A stretch of 64,000 bases of DNA, taken from assembly GCA_951406725.2 (NCBI GenBank), contig OX597837.1, positions 25,482,001-25,546,000 on the forward strand, read 5' to 3'. This DNA comes from Octopus vulgaris (lineage: Eukaryota). Below the pieces are notes generated by a model. That model worked only from the letters and a program-made list of their open reading frames with translations, ran no database searches and was not told the origin of the DNA. A program made the translations under genes and the position numbers. Shown here piece after piece: positions 14,293 through 26,500 of this stretch (the stretch's first letter is position 1; every line of letters begins with the position of its first letter).

Positions 14293-14636
14293 CCAATCAT
14301 GTGACCACTCACACCTGTTCTACAATGTTATTTTAAAAATAAACAATCATGTTATCAAAATGTCAAAGGTATGAGACAATGCATGATTAATTCAAAATAA
14401 TTTAAGTCAATAAGCATTACTTTTGACTAATGCTAAAGGATTAGTATAAGATACATTGGTGCAGTTTCTTAACAAACACCTTCAACCTATATTTCTCTTT
14501 ACTTGGAAGCTGATGCTATGCTTGTTGGGCAGTTTTTACTGCGTGGCACCTTACGCAAGTGTCTTCTACTATAGCCTCAGGCCGACCAAAACCTTGTGAG
14601 TGGATTTGGTAAACGAAAACTGAAAGAAGCCTGTCG

Positions 14637-14682
<46 letters not shown>

Positions 14683-14917
14683 TATGTTTGTGTTTACGTC
14701 CCCGTAACTTAGCGGTTTGGCAAAAGAGAGTGATAGAATAAGTACTAGGCTTACAAGGAATAAGTCCTGGGGTCGATTTGCTCAATTAAAGGCGGTGCTC
14801 CAGCATGGCTGCAGTCAAATGACTGAAACAAGTAAAGAGTATATGTATGTATAAGTATATATATGCATATATATGTATATATAAATACGTATATATATAT
14901 ATATATATAAAAATATG

Positions 14918-14974
<57 letters not shown>

Positions 14975-14990
14975 GTATATAAATATGTAT

Positions 14991-15025
<35 letters not shown>

Positions 15026-15551
15026 GATAGATAGATATATAAACACATGTTGATGAAGGGCAAAATGCAAACTCATGCAAACACATATACACACATGCAT
15101 GTATATATGTATGTATATGATTAAGTATGTCTGTGTGTATCTATATATATATATATATATATGCTATCATTCAAACTCATGGCAGTCAGTTTAGAACTGT
15201 CACAGCTCAAGTATTTTTGTTACACTTTTGATAATTCCCCCTCCGGGTCCCTCCTCTCCTCTACCCCATCATTACCGTGTCTAAATTGTCGTCACACTAA
15301 TCATACCCACTGACCTGGCTACTTATTCATCACTCAGTCTTTTTGATAAGAAATAATCAAGTTTAAGGTAGATTAATCCAAAGTCCACAGGAGTGGCAAA
15401 CGTTGTGCAACACAGATAAGTCCCTTCATGCTCTGTAGTCATCATTGTTACTAATTATAGCTCGTGGGATCTAAAGTTGTCGGAAGATGATTAAGGCATG
15501 CTCTGGTTTAACCCTTTAGTATTTAAACTGGCCATATTTGGCCCAAATATT

Positions 15552-16342
15552 CCTTATTTCTTTATTGCCCACAAGGGGCTAAACATAGAGGGGACAAACA
15601 AGGACAGACAAAGGGATTAAGTCGATTACATCGAACCCAGTGCGTAACTGGTACTTAATTTATCGACCCTGAAAGGATGAAAGGCAAAGTCGACCTCGGT
15701 GGAATTTGAACTCAGAACGTAACGGCAGACGAAATACCTATTTCTTTACTACCCACATGGGGCTAAACACAGAGGGGACAAACAAGGACAGACAAAGGGA
15801 TTAAGTCGATTACATCGACCCCAGTGCGTAACTGGTACTTAATTTATCGACCCCTGAAAGGATGAATGGCAAAGTTGACCTCGGCGGAATTTGAACTCAG
15901 AATGTAACGGCAGACGAAATACCTATTTCTTTACTACCCACAAGTGGCTAAACACAGAGGGTACAAACAAGGACAGATAAACGGATTAAGCCGATTATAT
16001 CGAACCCCAGTGTGTGACTGGTACTTATTTAATTGACCCCGAAAGGATGAAAGGCAAAGTCGACCTCGGCGGAATTTGAACTCAGAACGTAACGGCAGAC
16101 GAAATACCTATTTCTTTACTACCCACATGGGGCTAAACACAGAGGGGACAAACAAGGACAGATAAACGGATTAAGCCGATTATATCGACCCCAGTGTGTG
16201 ACTGGTACTTATTTAATTGACCCCGAAAGGATGAAAGGCAAAGTTGACCTTGGCGGAATTTGAACTCAGAACGTAACGGCAGACGAAATACCGCTAAGCA
16301 TTTCGCCCGGCATGCTAACGTTTCTGCCAGCTCGCTGCCTTT
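15552..16342 (-). mobile_element. Meta-like SINE tetramer inserted in a piggyBac-type MITE-A
   Basis: Four ~185-bp bodies and one head. TSD cccaaatatt at 15542-15551 and 16343-16352. The host MITE spans 15508-16535. Confidence 0.88.
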
Positions 16343-16622
16343 CCCAAATATTACTACCTATGTAATGTTCAAACCAGACAGGTCTAACCTCTCACACCTA
16401 CCCTACAATGTCATTTTAACAATAAATAGTTACATCATTGAAATCTCAAAGCTACAAGTTAGTGCATGGTTGATTCAAAACGATGTGAATAAGTAAGCAT
16501 TGCATTTGAGTGAATAATCTGAATGCTAGAGTTAAAACTATATGCAATGGTGTGCTGAAAAGTTCCTGGTCTTGTGTAAAAGGAAATACATTATGATTTT
16601 ATTCAACATATTCTCCTTGCAG

Positions 16623-16671
<49 letters not shown>

Positions 16672-16878
16672 GTCGCTTTGATAGATTGTTAGCCACTACA
16701 CACATTTTTTTCTCTCCTTGTTTTTTCTGTGTCCCTCTCTGTAGAAGAGCGTAGGCTCGAAACGTAAAAGACTTTTTCTATTCCTGAGCACTATACTAAT
16801 ACTACTAATACATCTGTTTGTTTTGTACACCACCTGTCTTTGTCTTTTGTTTTTTTCCCGTAAACTCTCCCTATATAT

Positions 16879-16937
<59 letters not shown>

Positions 16938-17929
16938 TACATATACATTTAAAAATTTTACATCTGTTTGTTTTGTACACCACCTGTCTTCGTCTTTTGT
17001 TTTTTCCGTAAACTCTCCCTATATATATACACATACATATACATTAAAAAAATGTGTGTGGGTGAATCTGAGAGGGGAATATGTTGTACTCAACTGTCAG
17101 TTAAACACATTTGAAATCTGATGATTACACTATGCATGAAAACACTAATTTAACTTTATGAACGTTACAAAATATTTTTTTAATATTAAAATACCATAAT
17201 AAAAAATGTGAAAATGAGACCATGTTTTAATTTTATTCAACTGAAAGATTTTTCTATACATGTTAACACAAATTCAAAATGAAATCCCTCTCTCTCTTTC
17301 AGAGAGGCACAAGCACCTACACGTACATATACACACACGGCAGTAACTTCCGCCTACCGAATTCAATCACAAAGCTCCAGTCGGCTCGGGGCTATAGTGG
17401 AAGACACCTACCCAAAGTGCCACGCAGTGGGACTGAAACCGAAACCATGTAGCTAGGAAGCAAGCTCCCTAACCACACAGCCATGCCCATATATATATAT
17501 ATATACACACACACACAAGGAGGTGCTGAAAAGTCTCTGGTTTTGTGTAAAAAAAACTACAGGAGGATTAATTAATTATGATTTTATTCAACATATTCCC
17601 CTCTCAGTATTCATGAACTGAATAGTCTAACTTTCTAAGCCACATGCCTTCACATGTATATGTACATACATAAACTCACAAGGTTTTGGTCAGTCTAGAG
17701 CTGTAGTAAAAGACATTTGCCCAAGGTGCCACACAATGGGACTGAACTTGTAACCTAAACATATGCACACTTCTTAATCACATAACTGTGCCTGCACCTA
17801 TCAATCATGTCTGATTGATCTCTAATTATCGTTAGTTTCATACTGTCTCTCTTTGAATCAGATTTAGAATCAGCCTTCTATCTTTCATCTAACTTTTCAG
17901 AAATGTTTCTTTGGAATTTGTAGCTGTGA

Positions 17930-19018
17930 TACCAGTGCCGGTGGCACGTAAGAGAACCATCCAAACGTGGCCATAGCCAGCGCCACCCAGACTGGCCTCC
18001 GTGCCGGTGGTACATAAAAAGCACCATCTGATCATGGCCGTTGCCAGCTTCGTCTGGTCTCCGTGCCATCCCATTGTGGCTGTTTGCCAGCCTCGTCTGG
18101 CACCTGTGCCGGTGGCACGTAAAAAGTACCCACTACACTCACGGAGTGGTTGGCGTTAGGAAGGGTGTAAAGGGAACTGGTTGCTTCTTTACACTTTTGG
18201 GGTGCAACTTGGGTGCAACACAATTTCCTTTCTTTTTGTTTCTAGAAACTACCTGTCAGGAATGAAACGCAAGTTTAAAAATATATAATTCTTTATTTTC
18301 TGGGTTCAACAATGAAACACGATGGTATGCTGATATCCACCTAATTCAACGCAGCAAGGCTGAATTCAAACGTTTGTAAGCTTTACATCAATTCAGCAGC
18401 AGTAGAACAGGCCAAATCCCAAGCGTCTGATCACAGGATTCAAAATATACGTCCTTTCTCTTCTATCACCGTGTCTCAAGTCCCCGAACGCTATTAAGGA
18501 ACGCTATGGAATTTATTCTTCAGTCTCTAGCGCATGTGCATGGGGGAACTTCCTTATGCCTTTCTAGAAGGTTCCAACCCCGCGCACGCACACTGAAGAA
18601 AGACATTCCGCACACACACACACTGAAGAATGACGTTGTGTGTGCGCACACTGGAATATGACGTCACTACAAAGGTGATGTTCCACACATGCACACTGAA
18701 GAATGACGTTGCGTGTGTGCACACTGGAACATGACGTCACTACAAAGGTGACGTTCCACACATGCACACTGAAGAATGACGTTGCGTGTGTGCACACTGG
18801 AATATGACGTCACTACAAAGGTGACGTTCCACACACGCACACTGAAGAATGACGTTGCGTGTGTGCACACTGGAACATGACGTCACTACAAGGGCATCCA
18901 GCTGTAGAAACACTGCCATCAGACTGGGCCTGGTGCAGCCTTCTGGCTTCCCAGACCCCAGTTGAACCGTCTAACCCATGCTAGCATGGAAAGCAGACGT
19001 TAAACGATGATGATGATG
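17930..19018 (+). mobile_element. SINE-like element with ~63-bp internal repeats and (GAT)n tail, interrupted by a solo LTR
   Basis: Repeats of gtgccggtggcacgtaaaaagcacc, then ggagtggttggcgttaggaagggcatccagc...gcggacgttaaacgatgatgatg. Other copies at 19817-20090(-), 21070-21528, 33405-33800, 38484-38950(-) and 58690-59330. Confidence 0.8.
18166..18890 (-). mobile_element. Solo LTR (Gypsy-like) with an internal 73-bp tandem repeat
   Basis: TGTA...TACA termini and a 4-bp TSD aggg that splits the host motif aaggg|catccagc. AATAAA on the minus strand (tttatt near 18292). Confidence 0.75.
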
Positions 19019-19432
19019 TTGATTCCTTCTGTAACCAATCCTCAACTTATTAAAGCAACTTCCTCTGTTATTTTGCAACATTACACCTCTTTTCCTGAAA
19101 ATGCAAAACTTTTCTTGAGGTCTTTGAAATAACTGAAATATTTAACCATCTTTTCAATTAATGGCAACACCCATGGTTTCTTTTTTGGCCAAACCAAAAA
19201 ATGGAATTCAGTTTTCTAGTTTTCTATTTTATCCCTCAACCATCTGCCCAACCTTTTTGGTTCATCAAATTCCTACAAAGTAACCATGTTGTGAGTATAT
19301 ACAGATATATGCACTTCATATACATACATGCAAATATGTGTGTGTGTGTGTGTGTGTTCTCTATTATGTATGTACATACATATGTACACACTTATGTATT
19401 CTGGTGTATGTATGTATGTATGTATATTCTGG

Positions 19433-19484
<52 letters not shown>

Positions 19485-20867
19485 CACACATACCAGAATA
19501 TACATACATACATACATACATACATACACCAGAATACACCAGGCCCAGTAGTGTTTCTACAGCTGGATGCCCTTATATATAATATATATATATATATAAG
19601 TTGCAAAATATGTTTGTGTGTGTGTATGTCTGCCATCATTTGAAAACTGATGTTGGTATGTTTACATCCTTGAAACTTAGTGGTTTAGCAAAAGAGACCA
19701 ATAGAATAAGTACTAGGCTTACAAAGAATAAGTCCTGGGGTCGATTTCTTTGACTAAAGACCACGCTCCAGCATGGCTGAAGTCAAATGACTGAAAGAAG
19801 TAAAAGAATAAAAGAATCATCATCATCATCATCATCATCGTTTAGCGTCCGCTTTCCATGCTAGCATGGGTTGGACGGTTCAACTCGGGTCTGTGAAGCC
19901 AGAAGGCTGCACCAGGCCCAGTCAGATCTGGCAGTGTTTCTACGGCTGGATGCCCTTCCTAACGCCAACCACTCCATGAGTGTAGTGGGTGCTTTTTACG
20001 TGCAACCCGCACAGGTGCCAGACGGAGCTGGCAAACGGCCACGAACGGATGGTGCTTTTACGTGCCACCGGCACGGGGGCCAGGCGAAGCTATCCCCATA
20101 ACTTAGCAGTTCAGTAAAAGAGACTGATAGAGTAAGTAAGTACTAGGCTTAAAACATAAGTCCTGAGATCAATTTATTCAACCAAAACCCTTCTTGGCAG
20201 TGCTCCAGCATGTCCACAGTCTAATTAATGACTTGAATCAGTATAATAAAAGAATAAAAGAATAAAGGTATAAAAGAATAAAAGAATAAAGGTATAAAAG
20301 AATAAAGGTATAAAAGAATAAAAGAATAAAGGTATAAAAAGAATAAAAGAATATAATGAGTCCAAGAGTCACACTCACCACTGTTTCAAATCTTTCCCTT
20401 AACTCCAGGTAATTTTAACCAGAGTTAGGAAGACTCGCAATATCTGATGTCTCTAAAGTAGTACTAATAATTATTCTAAAAACAAATCACGTTCTTAATC
20501 ACATTCATTCACTTTTTTGGTTACCGCGGACGACAATGGTCAATACTGCAACAGGTGCAGTGCCAAGTCTTGTAGCTGTAGTAGGTAATGCAGTTACTTG
20601 AAATGTAATGAATGTGAGGTTTGCATTATGTGGAAGTGGGGGGGGGTTCTTTTAGTTTGACATGTTTCAGTCATTAGATTATGGCCATGTTGGGGCACCG
20701 CTTTGAAGAACTTTTAGTCAAATGAATTATTGATCCCTAGTACTTTTTTTTGTTTTCTTTTTTTCTTTATGCCTGGTAGTTATTCTATAGGTCTCTTTTG
20801 CTTAACTGCTAAGCTACCAGGACATAAACATCGGTTGTCAAGTGGTGGTGGAGAACAAACATACATC

Positions 20868-20928
<61 letters not shown>

Positions 20929-21679
20929 GTAAATGCATTGGTGGATAAAGATTCTCTATTTGTATATTAAGGCTACCATTGATTCCATGTTTAAGAAAAT
21001 ATCTTAAATATCTTAATTTTTCAAGCTGATCACTGAGAGAAATTGATGTTTGTCTTCGTTATCGATTAAAACACCAAGCACCATCCGAGCGTGATCGTTG
21101 CCAGGGCAGCTGACTGGCCCCCATGCTGGTGGCATGTAAAAAGCACCATTTGAGCATGATCGTTACCAGCGTTGCCTTACTGGCACTTGTGCCTGTAGCA
21201 CGTGAAAAAAAAAAATATTTGAGCGAGGTCATTGTCAGTGCTGCTGGACTGGCTTCTGTGCAGGTGACACGTAAAAAACGCCATTCAAGCGTGGCTGTTG
21301 CCAGTACCACCTGACTGGCCCTCGTGCCAGTGGCGCGTAAAAGCACCCACTACACTGTCGGAGTGGCTGGCGTTAGGAAGGGCATCCAGCTGTAGAAACT
21401 CTGCCAGATCAGATTGGAGCCTGGTGCAGCCATCTGGCTCACCAGTCCTCAGTCAAATCGTCCAACCCATGCCAGCATGGAAAGCAGACATTGAATGACA
21501 ATGACGACGACGATGATGATGATGATGATAATATATATATATTGCTTTCAAAGTTTTGGCACAAGGCTAGCAAGTTTGGGGAAGGGGCAGGTCACTTACA
21601 TCAACCCCAGTGCATGACTGGTACTCATTTTACCAACCCAAAAATGATGAAAGGCAAAGTCAACCTTGGCGGATATATA

Positions 21680-22277
21680 CAGGTCATCATTGACTTATGA
21701 CCACAATTGGTTCTGATTAAATGGTCGTAAGTCGGCCTATAGGCTTACATAGCTTTGTTTTATATTTTTACATTCTTAAGGTACATTCTCAGGTAAAAGC
21801 TACATGCAGCATTTTGTATTATACTATTATACTGGTGTTAGTCAAAAATTTTGGAGTCTCAAGCAGTTGATGTCTCCACGACAGGATATTTATCCAACAG
21901 TTGGGATAACCACAGTGGTGATCGATAACCAAACCCAGGGTAAGTGTTTGTTGGCTGACATCATCCATAGACTGGTTAATTTCTAAGAAATTAAACCCCA
22001 TCTGCCGTTATCTTCTGAGTTCAAATTCCGCCGTGGTCGACTTTGCCTTTCATCCTTTCGGGGGTCAATAAATTAAGTACCAGTTATGCACTAGGGTCGA
22101 TGTAATCGACTTAATCCCTTTGTCTTTTCTTGTTTGTCCCCTCTATGTTTAGCCCCTTGTGGGCAACAAAGAAATAAGATTTCAACTGGACTATTATTGC
22201 TGCCGGGAGCTGGTGCGTCAATTATCTTAAAGTCGATCAGTCGTAAGTCGGAGAGGTCGTAAGTTGACAAGAACCTG
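21680..22277. mobile_element. pogo/Tigger-like MITE carrying a nested Meta-like SINE
   Basis: TA|caggtcatcattgacttatgacc ... ggtcgtaagttgacaagaacctg|TA, imperfect TIRs. SINE body at about 22000-22178. Confidence 0.7.
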
Positions 22278-22299
22278 TATTGACATGCATTTATATAAG

Positions 22300-22832
22300 T
22301 GTTTGAGATTTTCTAACTAGAAAGGGTATGGCCTGGTCAGCCTGTAATGACATGCATAAGATCTGGTTATCAAATCTAAGTAGAGACTTCAAACTTAAAA
22401 TTTTCAAAGCCACAGTCGAACCAATTCTATTATATGGCTCAGAAACCTGGACATTATCAAAGAAGCTTGAGAGGCGGTTGGATGGAACCTACACTTGCCT
22501 CCTTATGAGAGCTCAAAATCTCTCATGGAAGCGTCATCCAACCAAAATGCAAATATATGGGAAACTACCACCTGTGTCATCTCTTGTGAAAGGTAGGAGA
22601 GTCCAGTTTGCTGGACATTGTTGTAGAGCTGAAAAAGAGGCAATTTCTACTCTTCTCCTCTGGAAGCCACCTACTCGCAATACCAGAGGGCGCACACTCT
22701 CCTACCCTGATGTAATCTCCAGGGATACAAGCATCCAGCAACAGGACCTCCGTAATGCTATGATGGACTGTAAAGTCTGGCGTAGCATGGTAAATTCCAT
22801 TGTCTCGACCACGGTCGAACAATGATGATGAT
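22300..22832 (+). mobile_element. 5'-truncated RTE-clade LINE (C-terminal RT/thumb region, ORF 22328-22825)
   Basis: Motifs KLKIFKATVEPILLYGSETWTL, RRVQFAGH and AMMDCKVWR. The stop codon runs straight into a (TGA)n tail. Confidence 0.9.
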
Positions 22833-23159
22833 AAGTGTTTGTATAGAATTGTATATATATGTGTGTGTAGATGTATGTATAGCCACTAGAATTTAAAATA
22901 TTGAGAAACAGATTTTTATCATTCGGTGTATATCCAAAGTTTTTGTCTCTAATAAACTCACCCCTTGCTGTGTAAAAACTTGTATATACACACACCTTAA
23001 TGTTTATAAAAATATATTTCTTCATAAGAACCCCCGCTCCCATTGTGTGTAAACATGTTTAAGGATTGTTTATGTTTTTCCTGATTGAATTCTGCCCCAC
23101 TTTCTGCGCTTCCACTCCATTGTTGCTAAACACACCCTTTATATTCTCACTTTTTGTAG

Positions 23160-23890
23160 CCATCCTCCTCCTCCTCATCGTGATCACCCCAACCCCACCA
23201 TCACTGCCACCACCACCATCATCATCATCATCATCATCAGCATTGTCATTGCCATGTACACCATTATAATCATCATCATCACTGCCACCACCACCATCAT
23301 TTTCATCAGTCACCACCACCATCACCACCACCACCACCACCATCATCATCATTTTCATCACTGTCACCACCACCATCACCACCACCATCATCATCATTTT
23401 CATCACTGTCACCACCACCACCACCACCACAACCACCACCACCACCACCACCACCATCATTTTCATCACTGTCACCATCACCACCACCATCACCACCACC
23501 ACCACCACCACCATCATTTTCATCACTGTCACCACCACCACCATCACCATCATCATCATCATAGTTATCATCTTTGTCATTGCAACCACCACCACCACCA
23601 CCACCATCACCACCATCACCACCACCATCACCACCACTACCACCACCACCATCATCATTTTCATCACTGTCACCACCACCACCACCATTATTTTCATCAC
23701 TGTCACCACTACCACCACCACCATCATCATCATCATCATAGTTATCATCTTTGTCATTGCCACCACCACCACCATCATCAGCATCATCATTGTCATTGCC
23801 ATGAACACCATTATAATCATCATCATCACTGCCACCACCACCACCATCACCACCAGCAGCAACATCATTACCATCGACGTCGTCATAGAT
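23160..23890. repeat. (CAC/CAT)n compound trinucleotide repeat
   Basis: Higher-order unit catcattttcatcactgtcaccacc; source of the poly-His and poly-Val/Met ORFs. Confidence 0.95.
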
Positions 23891-24619
23891 ACACAGCTAA
23901 TGGCCTTCACTCCATTCCTAAACACACCTCTTATATTTCTACTTTCTCCATTCATTTCTATTACCAAACACTCCCGTCCCACCCCTTTTCACCCAACTTC
24001 CTGTGGCCAGATATTTCTACTGATATCATGTTCCTCCAACTGTTTATGACATAGATATCTCCCATTCTGTGTCAAGCAGTAAAAATGGGGTTTTTTCTAT
24101 ATATTTTCCACAATTTTTCTCCATCTTTTTTAAGTTCTTACTTTTGATAAACATCTGGAGTGAATTTGGAATAAGTGATTGAATTAAAGAATGGTAACAT
24201 GCAAAGATGTTAGTGCTAAATTAAGTGACATAGATCCTATTTTGTCTTGTAGTCTCTGTATACTCTTTTACTTGTTTCAGTCATTTGACTGTGGCCATGC
24301 TGGAGCACTGCCTTTAGTCGAGCAAATCGACCCCAGTACTTATTCTATCAGTCTATTTTGCCGAACCGCTAAGTGACGGGGACGTAAACACACCAGCATC
24401 GGTTGTCAAGTGATGTTGGGGGGGGGACAAACACAGACGCACACACACATATATACACATATATATACATATATACGATGGGCCTCTTTCAGTTTCCGTC
24501 TACCAAATCCACTCACAAGGCTTTGGTCGGCCCGAGGCTATAGTAGAAGACACTTGCCCAAGGTGTCACGCAGTGGGGCTGAACCCAGAACCATGTGGTT
24601 GGTAAGCAAGCCTGTTGTA

Positions 24620-24668
<49 letters not shown>

Positions 24669-25869
24669 ATATGTGTGTGTGTTTGTGTGTCAGTGTTTGT
24701 CCTCCCAACATCGCTCGACAACCGATGCTGGTGTGTTCCTGTCACTTAGCGGTTCGGCAAAAGAGACCGATAGAATAAGTACTGGGCTTACAAAGTATAA
24801 GTCCCAGAGTCGAGTTGCTCGATTAAAGGCGGTGCTCCAGCATGGCCGCAGTCAAATGACTGAAACGAGTAAAAGAGTAAGAGGCGGCAAGCTGACAGAA
24901 ACGTTAGCACGTTTGGTGAAATACTTAACAGTATTTTGTCTGTCTTTACGTTCTGTGTTCAAATTCCACTGAGATCAACTTTGCCTTTCATCCTTTTGGG
25001 GTCAGTAAATTAAGTACCACTTGTGTATTGGGGTCATCTAATCAACTGGTCCCTCCCCATAATATTTCGGGCCTTGTGCCTAGAGTAGAAAAGTATATCT
25101 TTTCCCCCATAAACACATTTAATGGTCTACTGTTGGAATTTCAGCAAAAAATTTGGACTGTCTTTATTTCAAACTGTGGTTTTGAAAAAGAAAATTCAGA
25201 AAATTACAGAAAAAATTTTTCTAATAAATTTTGAAAAATTATAAAAGTATAATTCCCAAAATAAAAAAAAAAGTCATGAGGGTTTATATGGGATGCTTAA
25301 AGCAGGATTCTGCAAAAAAATCAATTTAAATATTGGTTTGAGAAATTTTGGCACACGGCCAGAAGTTTTGGGGTTAAGGGTAAGTTGATTACATTAACCC
25401 CTGTGCTTGACTTTATTCATTCAGAAAGGTTAAAAGGCAAAGTCAACCTCAGCAGCATCTGAAATCAATTCAAATATTAATCAATATTTTTGGTCGTTTT
25501 GATGTTGAGATTGCATTGAGTTGGACATAGAATTCCTGATTTTTCTTTTGGTTAAATTTATTGATTAATTAATGATATCTTAGACTAGAATTTTACTTAT
25601 CTGTCTTTCGAAACTTCTCTTTATCTACTTTCATTCTCATTTTACATCATACTCCTTATCTACTTTCTTCTTCTCTTTACGTCAAACACCCTATTTTCCT
25701 CTTTGTCTCAATGCAAGACTCCCTAGCTATCCATTTACTACTACTACTACATTTTATCTCTCTGCATGACTTCTTGTCTCTGGTCATCTTTCCCTACCTC
25801 TCACACACTGTGAGACAGAGAGTATGTGTTTGTGTATGTATGTATATATATATATATAATGTTCAATTA

Positions 25870-26420
25870 TATGTCAGGTCACTTTCGAGTGGTAACATGT
25901 AACCCAGTACAACCTGTTGTATGGTCGGGTTGTCGGCGACTAAACCGGCAACCCCACCAAGCTTGCTTGGTGAGGAGGGTGTTTATTGGACACCCTGCGG
26001 GATGAAAAACATAACCCGTCAAAGGGCGGAGGAACTCTTGAGAGTCAACGGTCATCCAATAAATGTCTTAAGGCTGTATCATGCGCGGGGGCATAGAAAT
26101 AATTGGACTGAATACCCGATCGCGCGGTTAAACCATTGGGAGTGAAGGACTCCTAGCCTTTGTTAGGGCATCCTTCTAGGAGAAGATAACTCGGGTAACT
26201 GGGATAACACCGACATAAAACCTGTGGCTCAGTGGTTACCGATGATGTTGACTTGTTCTTCTTTTTGGATTATGGCTGCTGTTGCTTAGTGAGTAGGATT
26301 GACTCAGTGCACAACCTTTCCTCATTTTAAAAAAAATCTTCTTGCACAGGCATTGCACGATAACAACATTGATTAAGCTTTGTGCAATGGCCATACTCGA
26401 TAACGAGGGGGCAGCCACCA
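25870..26420 (+). mobile_element. GC-richer structured insert resembling an RTE LINE 5' UTR
   Basis: tagcctttgttagggcatccttctaggagaagataactc resembles the RTE 5'-UTR motif (ggcaaccagtctaggagaaggaaaactc). Several hairpins; embedded in (TA)n. Confidence 0.45.
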
Positions 26421-26500
26421 TATATATATAGATATCTATATATATATGTATGTATATGTATGTATATATATATATATATATATATTTATTTACATATATA

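Noticed and set aside
20536-20601. ATG-initiated mini ORF (MVNTATGAVPSLVAVV)
   Set aside because: Its best donor is phase 1, incompatible with the phase-0 kinase exon, and the unspliced frame stops.
23059-24054. Poly-His and poly-Val/Met ORFs resembling a metal-binding or beak protein
   Set aside because: A CAC/CAT repeat open on both strands, with no splice signals, signal peptide or non-repetitive domain.
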